Assembly (NCBI GenBank): GCA_963804165.1
Contig: CAWDPO010000011.1
Location: 1-64,000, forward strand
Length of the DNA: 64,000 bases
Direction: 5' to 3'
DNA from: an uncultured delta proteobacterium
GTDB lineage: Bacteria; Desulfobacterota; Binatia; UBA9968
Made by a program: the position numbers and the translations under genes. Shown piece after piece: positions 52,540 to 61,544 of the stretch (its first letter is position 1; the number at the start of each line of letters is the position of its first letter). The notes under the pieces were generated by a model, which ran no database searches, was not told the origin of the DNA, and worked only from the letters and a program-made list of their open reading frames with translations.

Positions 52540-53844
52540 ATGATCAAAGTTTTACACTATCTCAATCAATTTTTTGCCGGCATCGGCGGTGAGGAGAAAG
52601 CCGGACAGGAATTTTTCTTTCTGCCGAAGCCCGCCGGACCCGGTGTCCTGCTCCGCGACCTACTGAAGAACCAGGACATTGAGTATGCAACGGTGGTCTG
52701 CGGCGACAACTATTTTCATGAACATGAAGAAGCTGTTCTCGCTTCTTTGACGGAAGTGATGGCGCAGTTTGCGCCGGACCTGTTTGTCGCCGGTCCGGCT
52801 TTTCATGCGGGGAGATACGGGCTTGCCTGCGCCAAAACCGCCAGCTTCGTGCGCGAGCGTTGGGGCGTGCCGGCGCTGACAGGGCTCTATGAAGAAAATC
52901 CGGGAACGAAGGAAGTCGGCCGGCATGTCTTGGTGATCCAGACGGGTTCGTCGGCTGCTTCGATGCAAACCGCCATTAAGCGGTTCGCCGATCTGGCGGT
53001 GCTTTTGCTCCACAAGAACGTTGAAAACCTCGAGGCCTTCAAAGAGGAATTTTGTCTAAAGATCCCGCGGCGATTTACCGTTCAAGCCGCTGCTCCCGAC
53101 AGCGTACGAGCAGTGGAGATGCTGCTAGCTAAGCTGGGTGGCGCGGCTTTCGAGAGCGAGATCCCGCGAATCGAGGTGGCGCCCCATCCGGTTCCCGCCG
53201 CGATTCAAGATCTCTCTCAGGCAACTCTCGCCATGGTGACGGAAGGCGGTTTGGTGCCATTAGGCAATCCCGACCGGCTGGAAAGCTCGCGCGGAACGAA
53301 GTACTTCAAGTACTCGATCAAAGAACGCGACGACTTGAAACCGGGCGAGTTCGAAGCCATGCATACCGGTTACGACACCTCCACGGTCAACGCTGATCCC
53401 GACCGGCTTATTCCCGTAGACGCCATGCGGACATTGGAACGCGCCGGGAATTTCGGCAGACTTCACGATTACTATTATGTCACGACCGGAACCGGCGCCA
53501 TGCCTGCCAAGATGCAGGAGCTCGGCGCAGGGATCGCCCAGGAGCTTTCGGCCTCGGGTGTAAACGGAGTCGTTCTCACTGCGACGTGAGGGACCGGCAC
53601 GCGTAGCGGCGCTACGATCGCAAAAGAAATTGAGCGGAGAGGAATTCCGGTGGTGCTCATCACCTGTCTCGCCAATGTGGCAACGCAAGTCGGGGCATAC
53701 CGGATCATGAGCGGAAATAAATTTCACTACCCGGTGGGCAACCCGGATCTTCCGGCCGCCGAAGAAGCGAAGTGGCGCGCTGAGTTGCTGAGCGCGGCGC
53801 TGAAAATTTTACAAACCACAGTCGATGCCCCGACTGTCTTCTAA
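52540..53844 (+). CDS. grdB: Glycine/betaine/sarcosine reductase selenoprotein B-like (434 aa, Sec350)
   Basis: HYLNQFFAGIGGEEKA, CGDNYF, AGPAF.AGRYG.AC, DPDRLIPVD. In-frame TGA 53587-53589 reads on as GTGTRSGATIAKEIERRGIPVV into ORF 53650..53844. Confidence 0.87.
53602..53616 (+). promoter_or_regulatory. Candidate bacterial SECIS hairpin
   Basis: CGTAGC[GGC]GCTACG; 12 nt separate the UGA from the stem, and the loop starts with G. Confidence 0.62.
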
Positions 53845-53857
53845 ATCGAATGCTGTC

Positions 53858-54004
53858 ATGGAACGTCGAGCATTGTTGTTGCTAGTCGCCGGCTTTGTTT
53901 TTGCTGTTAATTTCCTTTCAGTCAACGCGACGACGCGCGCGAATACCAAGATCCGCGTTGGTCTTCCCGATTTCACCAGCTGCTCTGGTCTTCATCCTAT
54001 ATAG
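53858..54004 (+). pseudogene. Possible N-terminal remnant of a secreted substrate-binding protein
   Basis: MERRALLLLVAGFVFAVNFLSVNATTRANTKIRVGLPDFT...*: signal peptide plus a KIRVG start typical of SsuA-like proteins, ending at the convergent gene. Confidence 0.35.
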
Positions 54005-55131
54005 CCGGCATCGCACTGGCCACGCCACGTTTTCGCATCTCGTCTTCGTAGTGTTTGCGAATGTACGGGTCTTCATCGGCGTATTCGATCAAGGTGCCGC
54101 CTTCTTTCACGTCTATATAAACGCCGTCCTCACTCCGCTTGTCGGCAATCTTAAAGCCGATGGGGTGAATCCGGCTGCCATAGCGAAGCGCGAGATGTCG
54201 CGCCGGCTCGGGGCCGGTATTAAAATGTTGATGGAACCATCCCCCCGGCGGGCAATAGACACTGCCGGCTTTCCATTTCACCTCGACGATTTCGTCCCCG
54301 CGGCCCGCTTCATAGGGCCCGAGGACCGAGTTCCTTCGACCATAACAAAACATAACCCGACGACTGCAAGCCCAACAGAATCGCGCCGGAACCGTGATAG
54401 TGCGCCTTGTGGTACCGAGCCGCCGGCCACTGTGCTAGATGGCCGATCAAACTATTGCCGGATAGCTCGAACTGAGTAATCCGCACCCCCGCTCCCTTGA
54501 TCTCGCGTTGATCCAAATTCGCCGACTGAATGTCCATGATGAAATTGGTTTCCCAGATATGCTGCATTCCCGACTCGTAGCGCTTTTGTCCGACATGAAA
54601 AAAATCGTCTACCCCCGCGTAACGATCGGCAAAATTATAGGGGCAGTTAAAAATGAACTCCTCATTATGCACGATGTCCATCACCAGCGGGGCGTTAGTG
54701 ACCGCCAAAAATTTCACCGGCAGGCGCCCGCCGTTGATCAACCGATGCCAGGTGTTGAGCGGTGGCGCAAACAAGCTCCACGGCCCCCATTCGAACATCT
54801 GCTTGCGCCCACCCTCTTGCCATACTTCCGTGGCGCCTTGGCCGTCGAGTATGCAGATCACTTCTTCGTAAAAATGCTTCTCGGCTAGAAGCGCGCCGCC
54901 GGCGGGAATCTCGCCGACATACATTCCGGTAACGCCTTCCATGCCGTATAGATTAATGAACGTCGCCTTGCCGCCGGTGCGTGTCCAGGGCGCCATGGCG
55001 ACTTCCCGGACATCCTCGAGGCCGTAACCATCGATCACCGGAATCCCCTGGCAAGCCATCCACTTGAAGTAAGTGGTTTTGTGAAACGCCGCCATCAAAG
55101 CTTTGATTCGTTCGTCCTGCGACATAATCAT
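53997..55131 (-). CDS. Bicupin-domain protein, frameshifted near 54320
   Basis: EKHFYEEVICILDGQG..PPLNTWH, then YHKAHYHG..CPPGGWFHQHFNTG across ORFs 54310..55224 and 53997..54353; AGGAG RBS. Confidence 0.8.
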
Positions 55132-55580
55132 CCGGCTCCTTCGCCGACGGAATTTTTTCTTAGTGAATGTTTCGATTGCAGATTGATTCGGCCATTGCAT
55201 CGAAACGGAACGAAAACCTACCACAGTTCGATGAGATCAGGAAGGTTTCCGATGCGCAACGAAAAAGAGCCGGATCTTAAGCGTCAACGGCGCAACAGGT
55301 GATTGATTGGGTGCTGAAAGCGAAGATGATCGGAAAGGAGTTCGAGGATCTGGCGCGGATGCGGGATGCGTTGACACGCGCCAAATCAGCTCTGGGCGGC
55401 GCTAGACGACACAGGGGGCGTTGGTTTCGACGTTCCGCTTTACATCGTGCATGCTCTCCGCTCTCTTAGCGAGATCAAAGCTATCAAGATGATGAGTGTC
55501 GGTGCACCCGAGGCGATGGCTGGTCGCTCAGGGCGAAATCATGATCGACATCGATCGCAATTTCGCTACCGCGCAGGCGG

Positions 55581-57116
55581 TCAGCGCAAAACGAATGTTC
55601 CGACACGGCCGAGTCCGTCGGAACCCATGTCGCTATTTTGAACCAATTCCCCGCGAACCAATGACCACGCCGAGGATCTTGAGGTAGGGCCGACATCGTC
55701 GACGACGGTCCAGCCGGTAAGAGTCGTGCGGTTGAAGTCATCCCAAAGCAACTCCGCACCAGTGGCGAGGTCGACGACTTTTACGTCGTCGAAAGCGCTT
55801 CCCTGATTGCGCGAAGAGTAAAGCGCGACGGTGCCGTTTCGAAAACTTTGATCGTGAACAGAGAAAACCGGTTTACCGTCGATGTTGACCTTCAGAGTCG
55901 TTCCCTGGGCGATAAGCTCGATCAAATAGTTGTGACCACTGACGTACGGGACAGTATCCTCAGCGATAACCTTGAAAATACCGTTTTCACGTTTTATGAG
56001 CTGACGTCCCGCGGGTTCTTGCGCCCATGAAAAGCGATAATAGTTGTCTCTGTCCTGATAGCGGAACATGACCCCTAACGTGTCATCGTCGGCAGAGCGC
56101 ATTTTTAGCGCGACGCGATAGTCTTTCCAGCTTGCTTGAGTGTACAAAGCGTAGGTTCCTAATTGCCCGCCTCGCGTTGAAGAGATATTGCTGCTTTGCA
56201 CCAGGGCGCCCGTGGCTGCGGACCAATGGGATGGGCCGGCGGAGTCTCCCTCGTCGATAATGGTCCAGCTTCGATGTATGCCGTCATTGAAGTTGGCAGA
56301 GAGTAAGGTATTACCGCCGTTGAGGTCATCAACCACGATGTCGTCGAAGGCACTTCCCTGGTTGGAATACGAATATAACGCAATCGTCCCTTCCGGGATG
56401 GCGCTGTCGGTCACGGAGAACACCGAGCGTCCATCGATCAAGACCTTCAAGGACGAGCCCTGGGTGACGATTTGTAAAGTATACGTTTGCCCCACTGTGT
56501 ACGGCACTGAGTCTTTCGCCAATACCTGGAACACACCGCCGACACGTTTCTCAAGTCGCCGAGAGCTATTCCCCGCAGACCAGCTGAAACGATAGTAGTT
56601 GTTTGGATCCTGATAGCGAAACATTGCTCCTATGGAGTCGCTATCGGTGGAGCGGATTTTCATTGTCAGGCGATAATTGTTCCACCGACCGGCGCCCTCT
56701 GCGCCGGGTGAGGGATTTGAGCCCAGAGCCGTGGAGCCAGTCGAGATCTGGGTGGTGGGAGTCAAGGTCGTAGGAGCCAGGTTCGTGGAAGTGGGCTGAG
56801 AATTACTCGAAACGGTGGCGCACGCGCTGTTGGAAGTCAGCGAATCTCCCGCCTTGTTAAACGCCCGCACGCGATAGCAGTAAGTTGATCCGGCGTTTAA
56901 TCCTGAATCCGTGTAGCTTTCCGTATTGGCGCCCACCCGGGCGATTTCAACATACTTACCTGAGATCTGGCGCTCGATCGTAAATCCGACTTCCGTGGCA
57001 GAATTGTCTCGCCAGTTCAGGAGTAGAGTAGCGGACTCACTGATGCTGGCCCATAGCGTCGTGAAACCGAGGGTGAACAAAACAAAGGCCAAGAACGGCA
57101 GTGGAATTCGGAGCAA
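55581..57116 (-). CDS. Secreted protein: fibronectin type III domain, S/T/P linker and two lectin/thrombospondin-C-like repeats
   Basis: Signal peptide; LNWRDNS..YTDSGL..TYCYRVRAFN; duplicated W..YR...KxRSxDxDxxGxMFRYQDxxNYYRFSW...GTxALYS..NQGSAFDD. Confidence 0.78.
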   Translation of the reverse strand: MLRIPLPFLAFVLFTLGFTTLWASISESATLLLNWRDNSATEVGFTIERQISGKYVEIARVGANTESYTDSGLNAGSTYCYRVRAFNKAGDSLTSNSACATVSSNSQPTSTNLAPTTLTPTTQISTGSTALGSNPSPGAEGAGRWNNYRLTMKIRSTDSDSIGAMFRYQDPNNYYRFSWSAGNSSRRLEKRVGGVFQVLAKDSVPYTVGQTYTLQIVTQGSSLKVLIDGRSVFSVTDSAIPEGTIALYSYSNQGSAFDDIVVDDLNGGNTLLSANFNDGIHRSWTIIDEGDSAGPSHWSAATGALVQSSNISSTRGGQLGTYALYTQASWKDYRVALKMRSADDDTLGVMFRYQDRDNYYRFSWAQEPAGRQLIKRENGIFKVIAEDTVPYVSGHNYLIELIAQGTTLKVNIDGKPVFSVHDQSFRNGTVALYSSRNQGSAFDDVKVVDLATGAELLWDDFNRTTLTGWTVVDDVGPTSRSSAWSLVRGELVQNSDMGSDGLGRVGTFVLR

Positions 57117-57280
57117 ACTACACCTCCTAAAGCCGGTAAGATCCCGACCTGTGAAGGTGCGGGGAATCGTCTCGGGCAGTCTTTCAGTACTCAGTAGCGT
57201 CCCGCCAGCGCCTTTCAGGGTAGCGGGCTAATCGTCCATGTGCAGAGTGATTTAATTCTGGCGCGTCGCCGCACTGCAAC

Positions 57281-57296
57281 GCAATCGCGATGCCAA
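57281..57296 (-). promoter_or_regulatory. Sigma-54 (-24/-12) promoter
   Basis: Minus strand TTGGCATCGCGATTGC (GG-N10-GC), about 165 nt upstream of the FN3 gene. Confidence 0.65.
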
Positions 57297-57728
57297 GTAC
57301 GGATCATCGAAAAAATTTGCTAACCGCATTTTCTGACTCTGAAACAATGAAACCATCGACGGGACAAATGCATGATTTTTTGGAGGAACTGTCGCAAGAA
57401 AATTTTCGGTAACTGCGACTTCGCCAAAGCACTCCCGCTCTTTGTCGAGGAGCGATGTATGAAAAAGAAGTCAAAATAGTGACAAAAGAGTGCAGGGAGG
57501 TTCGGACACTTTGGGCTCATTCAATTCAGATAACTTTAGTCTCTCCCGGTGATGCTCATTCGGTAACGACGAGAGAGCATCGGTTCTGACGCGTCGATCT
57601 TGGTCGCCATTGTGATACTGTTGTTCGCTTGTCGAATTAGATATCCGTCTAGTTAGGCTGGCAGCTTATCATTAAGTTATGCTATCCATCGCTACAGTTT
57701 TATCATTTTGAGATCGAGGTAGGGCGTT

Positions 57729-58796
57729 ATGCAGATCGCGAAAATCGATACCAGGTTGCTCGAAATGCCCTATAACAAGCCGTTGGTTACGGCAACGAAT
57801 AATTTCACCGTCGCGCGCGGATTGCTCGTGAAGGTCGCTACGGACGGTGGCATCGAAGGTTACGGCTATTCCGATCTCTTCCCGCGCACCGGCGAGACGC
57901 CCCAGACGGCGCAGCATGTCATCGAAACAGTTCTAAAAGGTAAGGTGGTCGGCAAGGAGATCGAGGATCTGCCGCGGATACGCGCCGACATCGATCATAC
58001 TTTGACCGGAAACCCGCGGGCCAAGGCGGCTTTGGAAACCGCGATGTACGACGCGCTGGCGCGGGGCTATCACATGCCGCTATCCGTCATGCTCGGCGGG
58101 AAATATCGAAGCGAGATTAGAGTCATCAAGATGGTGAGCGTCGGCGATCCCGATGCGATGGCCGAAGAAGCGAAACAGCTTGTGCGTAGCGGACTGGCGC
58201 TGAAGCTCAAAGTCGGCGGGAAGATTGAGCAGGATTTGCCCCGGGTTGCGGCCGTACGCAAGGCGGTCGGCGCCGACGTCTTCATCAAAGTCGACGCCAA
58301 TGAATCGTACGATGCAAAAACCGCCATTCGCTTGGCCAAAGGGCTGGCCGATCACGGGGTGGAAGTCTTCGAACAGCCGGTGCCGCGCGATCAACTCGAC
58401 GCCTTGTGGGAAGTGAAAAAGCATTCGCCGATCAAGATCGAAGCGGACCAGTCGGCACGATCCTTCGCCGACGTACAGATGATGATTAAAAATCGCATGG
58501 TCGATTCGATCAACACGGGTATCGCTAAAGTCGGTAGCATTGGAGAGGTGCGCAAAATCGCTGATCTTTGTGAGCTGAACGGTATCCGCTGCGCCCTCTC
58601 GAACACGGCGGGCAGTATGGTTGGCGACGCTGCCGCGGTGCATCTCGCGGCGAGCACGCCCGGTATCTCACCGTTGTGCGAGCTGGGCGAGTTTGAAGTG
58701 ATCACCGGCGATCCATTTTTCGGCCTGACGGTCGAGAAGGGCATGATCAGCGTGCCGGAGGGCGAGGGATTGGGGGTGAGTCTCAGGGGATTCTAG
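57729..58796 (+). CDS. Mandelate racemase/muconate lactonizing enzyme (enolase superfamily)
   Basis: KLKVG, VDANE, FEQP, EADQS. Confidence 0.9.
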   Translation: MQIAKIDTRLLEMPYNKPLVTATNNFTVARGLLVKVATDGGIEGYGYSDLFPRTGETPQTAQHVIETVLKGKVVGKEIEDLPRIRADIDHTLTGNPRAKAALETAMYDALARGYHMPLSVMLGGKYRSEIRVIKMVSVGDPDAMAEEAKQLVRSGLALKLKVGGKIEQDLPRVAAVRKAVGADVFIKVDANESYDAKTAIRLAKGLADHGVEVFEQPVPRDQLDALWEVKKHSPIKIEADQSARSFADVQMMIKNRMVDSINTGIAKVGSIGEVRKIADLCELNGIRCALSNTAGSMVGDAAAVHLAASTPGISPLCELGEFEVITGDPFFGLTVEKGMISVPEGEGLGVSLRGF

Positions 58797-58808
58797 GAAG
58801 AGTGGAAG

Positions 58809-58924
58809 CAATCGTTGCAGACGTTCCAATCGTTCAAGTCGTTTCGAACGGACTCCGGACTCGATCCCGGCGATTGAACGTTTTGAACGGAGCGTAGCGG
58901 TTGAACGGTTTGAACCATTTGAAC
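58809..58924. repeat. Family E inverted tandem 9-mer repeat
   Basis: cgttccaatcgttcaagtcgtt ... gattgaacgttttgaacgg..ttgaacggtttgaaccatttgaac. Confidence 0.72.
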
Positions 58925-58948
58925 TCTTAATCTTGAGGAAAGATACCT

Positions 58949-60382
58949 ATGCCGGATTTACGCACATGGCTTAACGATGTCGACAAGCTCGGTCAGCTGA
59001 TGACCGTGGAAAACGTTCACTGGGATCTCGAGCTTTCGACCTTGACGGAAATTATCAACGAGCGCTCGAAGACGCGACCGGCGATCATTTTCGATCGCAT
59101 CAAAGACTACCCGCAAGGTTATCGCGTTGCCGCCAATCTGGTGTCATCTGTCGGTCGCTTGGCTCTCACGCTCGGCATGAAGGCCGACATGAGCGATATG
59201 GATTTCGTCCAAGCTTGGCGCCAGCAGGTTAAGAAGATCACACCGCTGCCGACAGAGACAGTTGCGACGGGACGGCTGTTTGAAAACGTCAAGAAAGGTA
59301 AAGACATTAACGTACTGCAATTTCCCGTGCCACGCTGGCACGAGCTGGATGGCGGGCGCTACATCGGCACCGACGATCTCGTGATCACGCGCGATCCGGA
59401 GGAGGACTGGGTCAACGTCGGCACCTACCGAGTCATGGTTCACGGCCCCGATCGCCTGGGGTTACACATGTCGCCCGGTAAACATGGCCGCGTGCACAGG
59501 GACAAATATCACGCGTGGGGAAAACCGTTGCCGATCGCGGTTTCTTTCGGTCATCATCCGATCAACTTCGTCGTGGCGTCCACCGACGTACCGAATCGCG
59601 TCAACGAGTACGAGTACACCGGCGGCATTCTCGGCAAACCGCTGCAGGTCGTTAAAGGACCGCTGACGGGTTTGCCGATCCCCGCCGACGCGGAGATCGC
59701 CATCGAAGGCGAAGTGGCGGTTGACGATGTCATGCCCGAAGGTCCGTTCGGAGAATGGACCGGCTACTACGCAAGCAATCAGCCGGCGGTACCCGTGATT
59801 CAAATCAAAGCGCTCTACTTCCGCAACGATCCGATCCTCTGCGGCTTTCCACTGCTCAAACCCTCCGCAGGCGACAATATTCATTTCTCGCTGATGCGCT
59901 CGTCCTTGGTCTGGAACGCCCTGGATGAAGCCGGCGTGCCCGATGTCAGAGGCGTGTGGTGTCATCCCTCGGCGGGCCGCTTCCTTACCGTGGTTTCGAT
60001 CAAGCAGCGCTACCCCGGTCATGCGCGCCAAGCCGGCATGATCGCTAGCCAATGCCGATCCGGCGCTTATCTTGGCCGTTACGTCGTCGTGGTCGATGAC
60101 GACGTCGACATAACCGATTCCGAAGAATTTCTCTGGGTGCTGAGCAGCCGTTCTGATCCGGCTGAGTCGATCGAGATTCTCCGGCGCGCCTGGAGCGGCC
60201 CGCTCGATCCGCGCATCGCGCGCGACCAGGTGGGTCACAGCTCGCGCGCGGTGATCGATGCGACGCGGCCGTACGAATGGCGCGAGAAGTTTCCCAAAGT
60301 CAGCGGCGCGAGCCGAGAATTAAAAGACAAAGTCGCGGGCGATTGGCGTGAGTTTCTCGATCAGAAGGTCGCCGGAAAATAG
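58949..60382 (+). CDS. UbiD-family decarboxylase
   Basis: DGGRYIGT, NVGTYR, IPADAEIAIEG, EGPFGEWTGYY, VVVVDDDVD. Confidence 0.93.
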   Translation: MPDLRTWLNDVDKLGQLMTVENVHWDLELSTLTEIINERSKTRPAIIFDRIKDYPQGYRVAANLVSSVGRLALTLGMKADMSDMDFVQAWRQQVKKITPLPTETVATGRLFENVKKGKDINVLQFPVPRWHELDGGRYIGTDDLVITRDPEEDWVNVGTYRVMVHGPDRLGLHMSPGKHGRVHRDKYHAWGKPLPIAVSFGHHPINFVVASTDVPNRVNEYEYTGGILGKPLQVVKGPLTGLPIPADAEIAIEGEVAVDDVMPEGPFGEWTGYYASNQPAVPVIQIKALYFRNDPILCGFPLLKPSAGDNIHFSLMRSSLVWNALDEAGVPDVRGVWCHPSAGRFLTVVSIKQRYPGHARQAGMIASQCRSGAYLGRYVVVVDDDVDITDSEEFLWVLSSRSDPAESIEILRRAWSGPLDPRIARDQVGHSSRAVIDATRPYEWREKFPKVSGASRELKDKVAGDWREFLDQKVAGK

Positions 60383-60446
60383 CGCAGCGTTTACGCGCTT
60401 CTAAGGGCGCGTGTCGCCCGTTGGAGTTCCGCAAACGCCGCAGCCC

Positions 60447-60476
60447 GTAGGTCGGGTTGGCTCAGCGTAACCCGAC
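60447..60476 (+). repeat. GTAG-type REP palindrome upstream of RAYT; a degenerate partner lies at 60771-60815
   Basis: GTAG-GTCGGGTT..AACCCGAC; downstream GTCGGGGTACGC followed by a stuttered GAAGCTAACCC (three copies, the last imperfect). Confidence 0.78.
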
Positions 60477-60492
60477 GACTCCGATCGTACCG

Positions 60493-60801
60493 ATGCAATA
60501 TCGCCGCCCTTTCGTTCCTGGTGGCACTTTCTTTTTCACGGTGGTGACAGCGGACCGTAAACCGGTGTTCGCCGAGCAAAAGAACGTCACTACGTTGCGG
60601 GAGGCCTTTCGCACGATTCGGTTGCGGCGGCCATTTAAACTGGATGCGGCCGTGGTTTTACGGGATCACTTGCATTGTATCTGGACGCTACCTTCCGGCG
60701 ACGCAGATTTCGCGACTCGTTGGCGGTTGATCAAGACGTGGTTTACCAAGCATTGCGGTTCCGATACGTCGTCGGGGTACGCGAAGCTAACCCGAAGCTA
60801 A
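60493..60801 (+). pseudogene. rayT: REP-associated tyrosine transposase (RAYT), C-terminally truncated
   Basis: MQYRR..PGGTFFFTVVT..R, VVLRDHLHCIWTLP.GDADF..RWRLIK (HUH motif); the catalytic Tyr/NPV segment is absent. Confidence 0.85.
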
Positions 60802-60841
60802 CCCGAAGCTAACCTTTTTTTAGCAACCTGCCAGGGCTAGC

Positions 60842-61032
60842 CTAGTGTCCTGTTCAGAAGTTCGCTGCATAATTGCCGCGCCACCAGTAGCCACAAATCT
60901 CCCTTGCCCTCTTTTGCAAAGAGGGTTAAGACGTTCGGAGAAAATTCCCAGAGGAACGGAAGGATTTGAGCGCGACTCCAGCCGCCATTCACTATTTGTA
61001 CTTTTAAATGAACTTCTGGGTCAGAACACTAG
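60842..61032. mobile_element. 191-bp MITE-like element bounded by CTAG
   Basis: CTAGTGTCCTGTTCAGAAGTTC versus the reverse complement of 61010-61032, CTAGTGTTCTGACCCAGAAGTTC. Confidence 0.68.
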
Positions 61033-61428
61033 ACGGTTTCTCCGATCGGGCCCGTGTGCATCGGCTCGTTGACGGCATCGTCCGGAACCTCACTGCGTAG
61101 GGCCTGAAGAATGTTGCGCGCAGCGCGAAGCTCTATCTGGCGCCGAACCTCGTCCACCGCGGAGCCAAGGTGCGGTGTAAATAGCGTTTGAGACGGGTTA
61201 TTGAGAAGGGTTTGCGGAATCGACTTGAGGTGGTCTTGCCGTTGCACGTCTTCGAGAATACGCCCGCGGTATAGCCCGCGAGCTTACCCGACTCCAGAGC
61301 CCGTGCCACGGCACCTTCGTCGACCACTGATCCGCGACCGATGTTCACGAGACAACTGCCGGGCTTCATGGCAGCAAGCGTCACATCATTGATCAAGTGG
61401 AAGGTGCCGTCGAGCAGCGGCGCCGCCA
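61029..61428 (-). pseudogene. C-terminal fragment of a phosphite dehydrogenase (PtxD)-like D-2-hydroxyacid dehydrogenase
   Basis: [29 protein letters not shown] and [24 protein letters not shown]; frameshifted, N-terminal half missing. Confidence 0.7.
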
Positions 61429-61544
61429 GAAATCCTTGTCTTAAAGCAAGCGGATCCGCATCAATACATGGTGGAAATATACCTGCTCGTCAGGATTCTC
61501 TAGCGCTCGGTGACAAGTATTTTCCCGCTCATATAGGGGTGGAT

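Noticed and set aside
55260-55580. Possible small ORF fragments between the bicupin and FN3 genes
   Set aside because: No recognisable family or consistent frame.
57121-57240. c-di-GMP-I or c-di-AMP riboswitch call
   Set aside because: GAAA and GGGACGC are present but the rest of the consensus is not; kept only as an unassigned structured leader.
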